A DNA stretch of 64,000 nt from contig OX597817.1 in NCBI GenBank assembly GCA_951406725.2, forward strand, positions 116,188,001 to 116,252,000. Direction: 5' to 3'. The notes under the pieces were generated by a model. That model was not told the origin of the DNA, did not search any database, and worked only from the letters and a program-made list of their open reading frames with translations. The DNA is from Octopus vulgaris (taxonomy: Eukaryota). The translations under genes and the position numbers were made by a program. How positions within the stretch are numbered: position 1 is the stretch's first letter; each line of letters starts with the position of its first letter. This document shows, in pieces, positions 40,561 through 55,481 of the stretch.

Positions 40561-42034
40561 TAGGCATTGTTTGTAGGAATAATTTCGGACTTGATAGAAT
40601 AAGTAGCAGTTGAACACTGGCATCAATGTATGTTAATATAAATATGTTACAAGTTCCAATGAATCTAAGACATATTCGAACAAGTAGGACGGCCATTTAC
40701 TGTAGTGATTGAGAAAGAATACTCGCTTTAGACAAAAAGATGTAAGTACACCAGTTCAGTTCGGAAGACCCTTTAACCACATTGATTAATGCATCAAAGC
40801 TTCAGCATAATTTAAGGCTTCCAAATTTTACTCGCATTATAATAGCTGACACGAGAGCATGGAAAGATATTTTTCCTTACTAAGCACGAAATATATATTT
40901 AACAATAAATGGCCATATTTATTGCAATCATAGGTTATATTTCATATTGAAGTACTGTAAATTTACCTGCTTTTTTTCCTTTCAAACTGCATGAACTTAT
41001 GCTTAATAATGGTTATATAAACCCCGATCTACAAATGTATAATATGTAATATAATTCGTAATTTTATATATTGAGTGTATTAGCTGTTTGAGAATATAAT
41101 ATTATAACTGCAATATTCAGCTTAAATTTATGAAACCTAATCTGGCATAGAAAGGGTAATCATGGTAAAACATTTGAGAAAATGCATTTTGAAGAAAGTG
41201 TACACTCCAAAGCTAACAGGTATATGTTTAATAAATGTATGTGATTAACTAGCGCGCGCACACACACAAAATTAACAAAATCTAGATTTTACACTGTCAC
41301 TTCGGAAAGACCCGATTGTGTTCCCTTTGGTTCAACTAGTCTTATGGATTCTAAAATTACTATATTCAAACGTCTCACAAATTCAGCATTTTAACATACT
41401 GAGAGATTTCAAGAATTTATCGTTAAGTAAAATTACTGTAAAGCAAACAACTTAGGAGGAGTTGAGATATATAAAAACTTGCACAAAGGAAATGGCGTAA
41501 ATTTTAAATGGACGCCTAAAGGATAACTAGAAGTGAATAAATTTATATCATTACTTATAAAACAGCATATAGAAAGAGTTGGTCAAACTTGGCTCATCAA
41601 TACTATGATTATAATATTTAAAGGTTTTTGCAAATTCAAGATTTAATAATATTGATGTCAGTCTTCGATAACAAAAATATTGTAAAACAACGAGACAAAT
41701 TTGTTAAGAGAATCACAGGTGAATAAACACCTACAGATAAATTGAGAAGTTAAATAAATGGCAGAAAGTTAATATAGATGTATAAAGGTTGAATAGAAAA
41801 AAGAAAGAAATGGATAAAGAAAAGTAAAGTTACAGAACAATAGAACGAACAATATGAAAGGAAAACAGAAGGAAACGTTTGAAAATAGCATGACACACTA
41901 TACTTTTGTCTACAGGCGTTGTATAATAATGCATACTTGTATGAAGACAAGATAAATTTGGTTGCTGGCAAGAAACATGTATATATTTAAGAGGAAGTGA
42001 AATATAAAAACGATAGAAATAGTAAAATGTACAA

Positions 42035-42065
<31 letters not shown>

Positions 42066-43072
42066 GGGGGAGGCGTGCGGGTGCGCGGGTGTATGTGTAT
42101 GATAACAAGCGTAAAAGAAGATTAGATGGAAGAAGATAATAGTGGGGAACGAGAGAAAATTAATGTATATAAGTATACAAAAACAAGAGAAATATTGGAA
42201 TGATGTGTACTCATGTTCTTATACAAATGTTAAGAAGAACAAATAATGAAACAATATTTAGAGAAGAAAAATAAAAGAAAAAAGAAAATTGAGGAAAAAG
42301 ACAAAAGCGAAGAATAATGAAGGCGTGTGAAAGAAAATGGAGAATATATATAAATATGAAGTGAATAACGGTAACAAATTATCAGTACTCAAAAGGTTAC
42401 AAAAATCAATGGAAGAAATATATTCAAATACTTTTCTTTTTCAATTGTGTAATGGTTCCGGTTAACCGAAAAGTCTACCATTTATAAAAGAAATATCTTT
42501 AACATCTCCTTGCTTACAAAAAGCCTTTGACACAAAATTGCCACTTACGAAAAAGATCTCAGAATATTCAAAGAACGTTCAAATCACTTCAAATGATTTC
42601 TATAACTTAGAACGAATTTCAAAGAAATTCCAACTATAAAATGAGAATATTGTTAACCTGTAGTTATAATAAAAAAACACGCCATCATGTATTACATGAA
42701 TTTCAAAAACTGACCACAATATTACAGCATACATGGTTCCTTCATCCTTAATTCTCAAGATATGCTGCAAGGAATATCTGATACTTACATCAACAGAATG
42801 CTTGTGATGTCTTCAACTATTATTGGAAATATGTTTTCGTTCAACGAAATTTAAGACATTGTAGGTAATTTTGAAGGTTTCTAAGCCATAACCTGGTAGT
42901 ACGCATAACACGTTCATTTCAAAATAGTTTTTCATTTTGACGTTTCTACCTAGGTAGTGATCATTTCTCAGAATATAGTTAGAAAATTTACTCATTACTA
43001 AGATTTGTTTTCACTATACTTTGAATATACAGAAGTATTCAATGTTTCGTTCTTCATTTTTTCTTATTACAT

Positions 43073-43104
<32 letters not shown>

Positions 43105-43239
43105 TTGCTGCTGTTGTTGTTATTATTATTATTATTATTATTATTGATTATTTCTATAATATTGTTAGTACTGTTGTTGTTTTGCTGCTATTTTTGTTGT
43201 TTTCATTATCATTATTATTCAGTAGTTTTATTGTTATCA

Positions 43240-43850
43240 TACGCTCTCTGTCCAATAACGATCGTAACTCTGTACGCTGTGAGTATCTTCAGCGATGGGT
43301 TTTGGTATTGACACTTGTACTATATTGAAAGTACTTTAGGTCGATATGTTCTGTCTACTTATTCAGGATTATTTCTGTTATTATAGGGATAATTTCGTGC
43401 TTCGTGTTCGAGTTATATATCTTTCCAGATCTTTGTATTTCGAAGGTTTCTCTGTATATGTTTAGAGATACATTGTCAGCTTTTCGGACTGATTTGTCGA
43501 TTAGAACGCATCTTTTCTAGCTTTCCCTGACAATATCTGACACATTTGGCATGCTGTCTCTCACTTTGTGTGCACTGGTATATCCCAGAACATGGCCACT
43601 AGCTTCAAGTGTGTGTAGGTCCCAAGTCCATCCTATCTATAGATATTTTCGTTCTGAGCCACAACCAGGGAGCAAGAGACAATATGGTTTCTTGTTTTTC
43701 CCCACCGCCGCACATTCTACTGTTAGTTTTGCATTCTTCATTATAACTTTTGCTGGTTTCCGTTGGTTAGGTTTCGATCTTGTGACACAATAAAAAAAAA
43801 CCCCTTCAGTCTGGTTTCCGTCTAGAGAATCTCAACCATTGCTACTATGT
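43240..43850 (-). mobile_element. R4/Dong-like LINE 3' fragment, degenerate
   Basis: Minus strand actgaagggg..tcacaagatcgaaacc (TEG..QDRN) and RMCGGG..NHIVSC..YR*DGLGTYTHLKL, collinear with 8200-8430. Its 3' side faces a TTA-rich tract (43120-43220). Confidence 0.7.
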
Positions 43851-46800
43851 CTGTTTTGGTTATATAATATGTATACACCCCATTCACACACTCATATATA
43901 TGCATAACATATGTACATATGTGTTAATATACACATGCATATTAAGATTGACATATATGTATATTACATACAGTTAACGATCGTCGGGGTGGTTTGGTTT
44001 TGACAAGATACATCTTTGGCTACAAAACAAGGGATTATACCTATCCATTAAAAGCTTAAAACCAATATGTATAGCTAAAAAGTAGATTGGGAAATATATT
44101 GGCTCTTGTGAAACCTTTCCACAAGCAAGATCTCCCTGAGAGTGGTAATCTTATAATCAATCACTAAGATCTTTCTTTTTTTCTGTCTGGAGCTAAACTA
44201 CTAACATTCCGAGCAGAACAAAAAAGAAAGGCAGATCTTCTATGAATTTTGCTCTAGACTGTAATTACCTTCATTTATAATGAATTGCTTTTGCTGCTTA
44301 AAACATTGTATTTATATATCACATGCTGATGATGTTTGAGAAACACGAAATAGCGATGTACATAATTGCTACTTAATTGAAATTTGAAGAACTTTGAAAT
44401 ATTATTTAAAAAAATAGAAAACATAAATATAAAAATAATAAATAAATAAGCGCAGAGTAATAAATAAATAAAATAAAACATACGATAACTGATAAATAAA
44501 TATAAAAATAAATAAAATAACATAAAAAAATTAAAATGTGAATTCTGAACATCATTTTCTTTATAACTCCTTAATTTCAAATTGAAATATCTAATCTTTT
44601 AGATATTATGAAGAAAGGTTGAGTTCGTCTCCCAAGCAGAGAATTCTTTGGTAAAAACTTTATTACTTTATATCGCAAAGTTTAATAAATGCATACACGA
44701 GTTGAAATTTCTCAATCTTCAAATTATGTTCATTCTCTTTAGATGAACTTTCCCACAAACTCTTCAGCATGTTTAAGCCAAGTACGAGCATCACTACTCA
44801 ATAATAAAACCAAAACCAATTGGGTAAAGTTTTGTTGATGGTAAGAATCAAATGATATTTGTTATACATTTTGCTTTTACAATATTTTCCTCGTTGATAT
44901 GTTTCCCAATTATCTCCCTTATAGAAATATATCCCTTGTATATACTAAAGTAAATATTTACGAGGAGTCTAAGTAATTACATAATTTAATGCACATTCCT
45001 GCATGTTAGAGGTGCTTTCTCTATCACTTATCATAACCACCCTATCTCTATAGCCTTACTCCAACGCTAACTATTTTTTAATAATTCACATAAACGTTTT
45101 AACGATTGTGATTTAAAGTTATTTTTAAGCATTCCATCGAGACTTATTGCACTGGAATAACTTCTGCATGTAGCTTTCTTTCTAATTTCTAATTTTCACA
45201 ATTTATGTTCAACTTTGAAACACACATACGCGTGCGCACACACACGTGCACATACTCACAATCGCATGCATGCACACACATATATATACATCCATATTTA
45301 AATACATACGTAAACACATACTCGTATACAAACATAGATCTATTTGCATTGATTTATATACATGCAGTTCTCATGCCTACTTAATTCAATATATTTTATG
45401 ATTTACTGCAATTCAAAATATAGATCTCAAAAATTCCATCATGTAAATGGCTTTTAATATTGAAAACTAACTTTAGAACAGATAACAAAGTATCGTGAAG
45501 ATGGTATGCGTTGACAATTTGTCATGGCATTTTGTGTATTATTTAAACTTCATGAATATCTCTCCCTTTTTCTCTGATTAACCTATTTATATATGAATTT
45601 TGGTCTACTTATCTGAAAGTATGATCGGATGTGTGTATACTGTATTTGTATATTACTTTGTTTAACTTGAATCGTTAACCATTAATATATTTAAATAAGA
45701 AAGTTTGGTTTCTTTGATGCAAAACACAATAAATTGGATGAAATGGAAATAGTCGATAATCCACACTACTTCTACACTTAATTCTAGCTTTCAGTGAGCA
45801 ATTGTGGGAATTATGTTTTTAACGAAATCCGACAAAATATTGAGAATATATTGTTTATAGCCAATTGTAATATTACAGGTTATTTTTGATTAGATACGCT
45901 TTTCTTGGTTCTAATATAGCATTAAGGGATATGCATTACCCTTCCAAGTGAATTGAAAATAATTACATCAGTTTAAGGGGAAACTACAAAATAGACTGCC
46001 GTTTTGATTTCTGAGAATCTCATGGTAGTAGGCATAACAACATATTACCTTTTGCATACTGAATATTGATTTTAGCTTCTCAGAACGTCATAAACACTTT
46101 TAGGCGGGTATGATTATTTAATTCAATAAACACATATTTTGTCGATTCCCGAATAAACGACACGCCAAATCAAACCTATCGGGATCTGAACGCAATAATG
46201 CATCAACGATGTAATTATATACTCCTAGAAAATATAGGGTTTCCACCAGTCTTGTAGTTGTAAACAATTTAAACGTGGCCATCAATTCTATTTCTTATAA
46301 ATGCATTTAGTTTTTACGAAAAACATTTTACACTTAGCAATCCCTGGTCAACTCCATCTACGTTTGGTCATATGTATAGTCAAATACATTCCAATGATGA
46401 TCATCTTGTGTTACGTATATCCAATGCTAAAGATTCTAATGCATCTTTCTGGGGTATTTTTCCCCGAAAGATAGGACTGATTTTTATGGAATAGTAAATT
46501 CACTTAGAATCATTTGTATTGGCTATGTAGATTGCTTTAAATACAGCACTTTTCGAATCGTATGCATGCAGACATATATTACATTATAAACTGCTTGTAT
46601 GTGATGATTATTGATTTGAGGCTTTCCAAGTATTTTACATGAAGACAATGAAACATATATTCCCGCAAACATCATTTTATATCATATGACTTTATTCGCA
46701 GCTTGTTTCACTATCATCAACATAAATCATATAATATATTTTGAAACATGCATGTGATTTTTTCAAAGATACTCGAAACAATGCTGTCTTATATCCATAA

Positions 46801-48211
46801 CACGATGCGCTCTTCAGAGATACCATTATAGAATGCAAGCAACACAGTATTGATTTTTAAAACGCTCTCGATTAAAAGGCTCTCAAAGCATTAAAGTATC
46901 ATTTACGTGGACATTATCAGTGTTTTACAATATAATCATAAAATCTAAAGTTGATGTCTCTCAGTGTTGGGAATATATCACTCAACAGCCGGCATTCATT
47001 CAGAACTAAAACCCTAATTCTACATTGTTTGCTGATATAGTTTTGTTTTGCAAAAGCTGCATTTATTTTACTGTAACTCTTAAATTTGATAACAACTTTC
47101 CCTTCGTATATACTCAATAATAACTATTTGAATCTCATACATTTTAATCTGACACAATTCATAATTATTTTATAACGTATGTTACGTTTAAGCCAAAAGA
47201 CAAAGAATGTACTCGACGTATTTAAATGCGTTTCATTTGTTATAATTGTTTAGTATTAAGGCGGTTCCCGAAATCTCACGGAGTACTATATATATAAATG
47301 TGGAACTATTTTAAAAAATCGTGAAAATTCATCTTTTATGTGAAATCTTGTAACACTTACAAATGACTTAGTTTGAGTTTCATACAACAACATGATATAT
47401 AATGTTTTTTTAATAATACGCATTTTGCTGGAGCGCAGTATATATTTCTGGAAAGTAATTAATGTCATGGATCATAAAGTGCGACATTCAACAGCGGAAA
47501 TGATAAAAAACATTGAATTTTCCAAATTATACACATGGCATTGAGAACAAGATTATAAACAGCCTGACATCCATACCTTATTAAAATATCACACAATTCA
47601 AATTATACTTCTTCTTTTAAGTTACCACTATAGTAAGTTAGCAGCTAGATTTTTAGAAGTTTCTAGGTTTTAAGAGCGTATCATATATTCGTTATTTAAA
47701 ATACGTCAGAATGAATATTCAAAGCAAGAATCCCGCAAACTACTCGATAAACTAGGTTTAGAGCAACACAATTTAATATGTGTAGAATAATTGAATAAAG
47801 AAAAAATTCTAAACTTACATATACATTATCTAGAGACATTTTTTCCTTGTAAATACTGGTTAACTATATAGAATATTGAATGAGTTAGTCAACAGTCAAA
47901 ATGAAAGTTAAATACATTCAGTTTACAGAAAATATAAAAACATGGTTAAGTGAACCAAACCGTCAATATTTGCTTTATTTTCGTAATGTAAAAATATATT
48001 TTATTTTAATATAAATATAAACCTTAAACGTATTTATTCAGTTGATAAATGTATGATGGAACTAAGCTTCCAAAACGTGAATTCATTTGCTGTATCATCT
48101 GAAGTAACTGCAGCTTATTAAGAAGCAACATAATTTATTTTTCTCATTAAGTAAATTGAGAACATACACACATAGATAAATGCATACATACAAACATACA
48201 TATACACACAG

Positions 48212-48261
<50 letters not shown>

Positions 48262-50630
48262 GCATTATAGACTTATGTCCCCGTGCGTTTGAGTGTATGA
48301 ATGCTTATCTTTATGCAGTACGTGAGAGAAACGAAAGAAAGAATAGTGGAAATGTTTTCTATATAATTTCATAGTTTTGATTCGTGTTTAATATACAAAT
48401 TTAGAACACACGAAGAAATGATATTATAGAAAACAATAGACCATTGCATACCACTGGAGTTAAAAACAGGATTACATACGTATAAATGCAGTTCTGGGGA
48501 GACCTAAAATAGATAATGTGGTCCACTATTTGAAAAAAAAAAAACGAAACGATTACTGCAATAATTATTTGATCAAATCGTTGGCGAAAGACCTCCAGGC
48601 AAAATGTAGAGTGAAAATAGTTTCACGTATACTTTCAAGAGCAGATTCAATTCATTTTGAAAGATTATTAGTAACTTTTATCATATCCCCAAAACCTGAT
48701 CCGTAAAACCTCTTCAAATATACTGCATACAATGACATAGATATCACCCAGTGACCATGAAATCTGTTGATGACACCTGGGTTTCCAGATTAACTCTAAT
48801 TTTTTACGTAATCGATGTCACCTATTTGAAATTCTCCCACACTCATCAGAGAGTATTCGCATAAAATACCAAAATTGTGTACCACATTGTCACATAAACA
48901 ATTACGAAAAAATAAACACAAATGTAGAAGACAATCCAGAAGTTAGATTTTGCTATTTAAGTACATTGCAATATATCAATCAAGCTCAGTGGAAGGGGAA
49001 ATGGTGATTTCTTTTTGACCTTAGAGCCCTTCAATGATATTCATTGTTCTTTGTGTACTTTTCTCCATTGAATAACATATCACTTTTTTCACTATAATCT
49101 TTATTTGCTCTTCTGTCCCTTAAGCTCGTAGAACAAGAATATTTCAAGTAACCACTTTATTGTCTGAACAAGATACTCATCATTTAAAATTCAAAACAAA
49201 TAGACCAGTGGTTCCTAGTTTAAGTTCAAATGAATGATCAATTAATAAAAATGCAGTGGTTTCTATTGTTTAACGGGTTCTGGCGAAGCTGTTGACACAG
49301 AAACCATCCATATTTTGTTCAGATAAAATCTTCATATTCGTTGAAGCAAGAAAGAAGCGCCACTTGTCTTTTCTGGTATGTTGATATTTACTTTCCGGTT
49401 GTAGACAGCTATTTTTTCTTTACACTGGATACTTAGGTTCTTTGGAATATTTTGATCGACTGAGATTACGTATCATTTAAAAATACATGCTTTAGTGTAG
49501 AGACTTATTTAATATTCATTTTCCCTGCAACCATCTGTGTCAGATATGAAGTTATGTAGGTTTTAAACTTCAAAAGTAGTAAGATCAACTTGGGGGGTAA
49601 ATAGTTGTATGAACATTCCTTTCCCGACGAGTACAGTTCGCTAAACAGACTAATCTTTCACATTAACGACGCAAAAATAACAATCATACCGGTAGTCTTA
49701 CGGCTATAGTAACATCTACAGATACACCAAAATTAAAATATTTTCCTCGTCCGTGAGTCCACTGCAAAAGTAGCTAAACAGAGAATTATGGGTAGCCCAA
49801 GTTTATCTTGGTCTCCAAAATCTACTCCAGAAAACCAAACATATAATTGTTTTAGAAGATCAGTGATTTTTCTATGCCTAACCATACTCTGTTCACCACA
49901 GCTACAGAAAACTACATGTAGATTATGCTAAATTTTTTCGTAATGAACTTTTATTTACTTGTTTCTCTCCCGAAAAATACTTGAAATATCGATTATCAAA
50001 CCTGACAGACGATTTTAAAGTGCGGCTTGCAAGGAAATTAAATGATAATGTAGAAGAGTAAAACGCTAGATAAAAATCCCTCCGCATATGTCAGTAAATA
50101 CGTTCATAAAACTCAATGACACTATGATATCAAATATCGCATTCTCAGTTGAATGATCCTAATTTACCTTGTTGCCAAATGTAATATGAACAATGACCAA
50201 ATTGAACTCATAACCTCTATTTTAATCCGATTTTACAAATTTACAGTACATCATATTGGGAAAAACTACAATTTAAACAGAATGCATTAGTTTAAAGTTT
50301 ACGTTCTGTCTGGTAAAAACACTTTGTGTGTGTCTGTGTGTGTGTGAGTGTGTGTGTTTCAGGCGGTGGTATCACAGCATCCAAAATTGCTATGAATTAA
50401 TTTGAATGATTTTGGCGACTAACAAATTTTTCGTTGCTCAGTGCAATCACTTAAAACATCACAGATGTAGACGGACAACATTGCTACTGTTAGAAATTGA
50501 ATATTATATACTTATGACGCGATATTTGTAATTTGAATGGATATTTCGACACGACAAAGATGATATAGATATAGATTCAGTATTAATCCCAGATGAAATA
50601 TAGAAACCTTTGAAACCTCTCCAACTCTGA

Positions 50631-50890
<260 letters not shown>

Positions 50891-51507
50891 CTTGTGTAGT
50901 ACATACACACATATTGATGCATGCATATATATATGTATGTATAAAACTATACGTACACATATATGCACGGAGAGAGAGACAGAGAGAGGGGTAGGAGAGG
51001 AGGAGGATAGTGATATGAGAGAGGACGATTTGTGTATGTATTTGTGCATGAGTTTATGTATATTCCTCTACTGGTATGATCTGATACTATGCAAAGAATA
51101 TACGATACATACATTCATACAATATAAAATTTATTAATGTGTCTTTATATGGTAGATACCAGGTGCGATACAATCATGCCGAACCAGTTACATTGACCAA
51201 CTTCATTAATGTTTTCATTAAATGTGGTCTTTGCATATCTTGAAACATTAGTCACAAAAATGGACATATAGATTGTATGAGATTTCGCCACATTACACTC
51301 GATAAAATTATTGTATGTGTAATATAGAATATTTTATTGCTGTGTGAAATGCACCATAAGATAGTCTATATCCCTTGTCAAAGTCTGTTGAGTACCGTTA
51401 GATGACTATTGAAGTTTATTAGTAAATTGCAATATATAAATTAATACGCACACCCATGCACACTTACACATATAACGATGTAGCAAGAAGTTACGTTACG
51501 TACACAC

Positions 51508-51508
51508 G

Positions 51509-51541
<33 letters not shown>

Positions 51542-51560
51542 GCATAAATATGTAAATGTA

Positions 51561-51609
<49 letters not shown>

Positions 51610-51720
51610 GTATATGTTTGTATATATATGTATACATGAATATAGTTATGTATGTATACATATGCATATATATATTTATCTCTATCTCTATCTATCTACC
51701 TACTTTTCTATCCCTTTCTC

Positions 51721-51782
<62 letters not shown>

Positions 51783-51830
51783 CGTGTTTGTGTGTGTGTT
51801 TGTGTGTGTGTGTGTAAAGAGAGAGAGAGA
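51508..51830. repeat. (TA)n/(TG)n cluster
   Basis: Direct inspection. Confidence 0.95.
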
Positions 51831-52309
51831 AGAAAACGAGAGAAAAATTCAACCTATAGATGTTTGAAAATATGCGGTGTCATATTATGTGGTGTGAAAA
51901 CATATACAACCATAGTTGAATGAAATCATTATAAACATATCGAAGTTCCTTTCATAAATTTGTTAACATCTTATTTTTATTTTCATACCGAGCTGGAAGA
52001 AAATGATATAGAAAATGATGTCTTTGTGGCGGCCTCACCTTATAGAAATAACAAGTAAAATTTCTTCTTATACGTGGGTACTATTTACGAAAATATTATT
52101 AGTTCATAGGGGTAATATAAATAATTTAAATTTCATATGTATACATTTGGGATAAACATCTATCGTTGTCCGAAAGCCATGGCTTTTTTGTTGAAGAGTT
52201 AGTTGAAATAACATCTAAACATTCCAAATTCTGATAAGTCATCTTCAAAAACTGCGTCTTTTTCCGTATTGCGCTGAATATACTCTAGTTAGAAGAAAGG
52301 TGAACATTG

Positions 52310-52521
52310 GTTTCAAATTTTCGTGTAAGTCCAGAAATTTTTGATAAGTGGCTAAGTCAATTACATCGACCCCAGAATTCAACTAGTACTTATTTTATCG
52401 ACTCCGAGAAAATTAACGGCACAGTTGACCTGGATGGAATTTGAACTCAGAACGTAAGGACGGACGAAATGCCGCTAAGCATTTGGTCGGGCGTGCTAAC
52501 GATTGTGCCTGCTCGTCGTCT
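52310..52521 (-). mobile_element. SINE family A copy
   Basis: ggaatttgaactcagaacgtaaggacggacgaaatgccgctaagcatt...gcgtgctaacg is the reverse complement of the SINE A head. Confidence 0.85.
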
Positions 52522-53868
52522 TTAGAAATGGGAATATTACGGCTCGAACACTATTGATTCTATAATACTGGCTTGTTTATTACAGAGGTTGCTGTCATAT
52601 GATTCCATGTACGAAGAAATTAATTTAGAGACTCCAATATAGCATGTTTCTTTGGAGAAGTAGAACTAACAATGTTTACATAATATAACCTATCTACTGC
52701 ATCCGTACTATAAAGAACATTGCATTTCAGAAAAGGGACTTAGAAATTTATGAATGCATTGTTTGCGCCCTGCTTTACAGAGCATAAAATAGCTAGTGAG
52801 ACATAAAGAGGTTTTGTTTTTTTGTAACCGTAATTTCATCAAAATTTTACATATCTGACATACTATGTAGTGTTGAAAACAAATACGAATTAATGATAGA
52901 TAAACCAGTTGCAGGGAAGTAATTTTTTAAATATATAAAATGCAACATTTCTTAACTGGTATCGGTTTTCTGTCTCCCTCGCTCAACAATAGTAAAAATT
53001 GTAAGATGTCGTGGCGTAACATAACTGCAAAGGCATGAAATATCTGCTCATGGTCACTCGTGGCTATTCTGTTAGTTTCTTCCCACTTATTTATTCCTTA
53101 GAAACCACTCAGCTTGTGCCTTTTGGAACACAACTTTTATTTTGAAATTCATGATATTGACAGCAAGATTATTTAAAGCTGCGAATTTTAGCAAATACGT
53201 AGAATATAAATATATACAAATTATTAATATTGGCCTCATGAAAAGTAGATTTAGATTTTATATAATTTTATCTGAGGAATAGACAAAGATGCCGCTTACA
53301 GAATTATAAATAGTTAAAAGTTACAAAATCTGCTAAACTTATTCAACTAACCTATAAACAGGTGATTATAAGGTGTATATGATAATAGAAATAATAAGTA
53401 CTACACATCATGTACGAAAAATATTTTAGGAATAGTTTAAATTATATTTATCCAAACTCTAAAAATATTGGCCAGTCTCATGAAAATATGATTATAACTG
53501 CAGTTCTGACAGGATACATGCATTGCCGACGTCGTTGTAGAGAGTAGCATAAAGAAAATTTTGAAAGTTCGGTATCATGAGCTTGGTATTGGAAACATTT
53601 ATGTATGATTTTACTAGTATCGCTGTTTATCATGGATACATAAAAAAATAATGAAATATAACATAAATTATTCGAATACTTTGCAGTTTTGTGTATTATA
53701 CTGTCACCTTCTATGAAGAATTTTCTCCACGTTACATATTTGTTCTCAAAATAAATTATCGTAGACTACTCTCATTTGGCTTTCAAAATTACCATAGACC
53801 TAGGCAAGTCTACTGGCATTGTAATATTTCGACATGCGTTTTTTTACTTTGGCCATTTTAATTATTTA

Positions 53869-53905
<37 letters not shown>

Positions 53906-55481
53906 AGATAGATAAATATAGATATAGATAGGTTTGATAGATAGATAGATAGATAGATAGATATATGTATACATGTATAGATGGATATATACATGTATAA
54001 TAGATCATCAGTTAAGTTACTCAGCATTGGCAAGTGCAAAATAGCGGCTATAGGAATGAAAACAAAGCAGAAATTTGTATACCAAATGAATGCACTTTAA
54101 ATTTACAAGTGACTTTGGAAAAAGTCTTCGGAAATTTCAGAAAAAGATCGGGTAAATTGTGAGAAAGCGGCGAAATTAATATTACAACCAATAATAATGA
54201 AGTATAGTAAATTGTACGGTTTTCTTGTTTCCCCTCAACGAACAAGTACATGTTGCAAAATAATTAATGATTCCCCTCGATCTAACTCTTTTATTTGGAA
54301 ACATTTTTCGGAAATAACTTAGTTAAAAAAAAGAAGAACACAAAAGTATATTTTCTCCTAACTCCTACAAAATACAGTGTTTTTACAATTACAAAATTAT
54401 TTCGATCATCTTTTCTCCTCTGCAGTCGAATATCATCGTCTGCAGAAGAAATTTGCGCAGCGACGGAAATTCAGTTAACTGAAGATCGGGTCGACATTAT
54501 GAGCTGTGGGATTAACTAGTTCTGGGGTTGGACAAAATATGCTTTTCGACACGAGGAGAGAAGATCCGTTAGGGAAATTCTTTGTGGAGATTGTTGAAGA
54601 CTTTCAATTTCTCGTGGCAGATACACTACTCTATTAGAAAAAAAAAGATGGAAGGCAGTACTCCAGGGAGTACTGAGTAGATTGTGTTTGCGAGCAATTT
54701 CATGCGCATCAGTGAAGAAACTTTTCTTTAAATGCCGTCTAGAAATCTTGTATATGTAGATTCATCTCCGTTCAAGATATGAACATTAATATAAATAATT
54801 CTCAGAAATAATTATCTTGGTCAACACCAGAAGTAATCCCGCTTCGTTAATAACCATTGTGGTTTTTTAACAGTAAATTATACACATAGATCTTTATGCC
54901 TGGCAAAATTGATCTACTGGCTTTAGGAAACGTATGGTTAACACAACATTGTTATCCAAGAAATCAGTAAAGCATTCACTGTCTGAGACGAGAGCATATT
55001 AGTAAAAATTCTTTATATTATGTGTCGGCCTGTGTGAAAGAAAGGAAAAGCAAGAGAAAGAGTTAACATATTGCAACCCAGCTTAAAAAGCACTAATATT
55101 TTTTTGTCTATCAAATAAGGCCAATGTTATTTTTATTTTTTGTTTTATCTTTCGATGTGTAAAGGAAACTTTTCGCACCTTATACACAGTACATTAATTT
55201 CGTTATTTCGTTTGTTTTATTTGTGACTCAACGACTTGGAAATCAATTTGAGTTGAAATACATTTTTCATGAGAAATAAAATGTTATATAATATAATGTT
55301 ATTAATCTCACCTCTGAATATTTAGATATTATACTTGATTACGTTCTGTTTTCTGTCGATAACACCTACTAATCTACCTACTGACCTATCTCTTTATGTA
55401 TATAAAAATATATATCATATATATTTTGCGTTTAAATAAGGTTTGTGGGTGATTTGAACATATTGTTCAGTCATTTAACAA

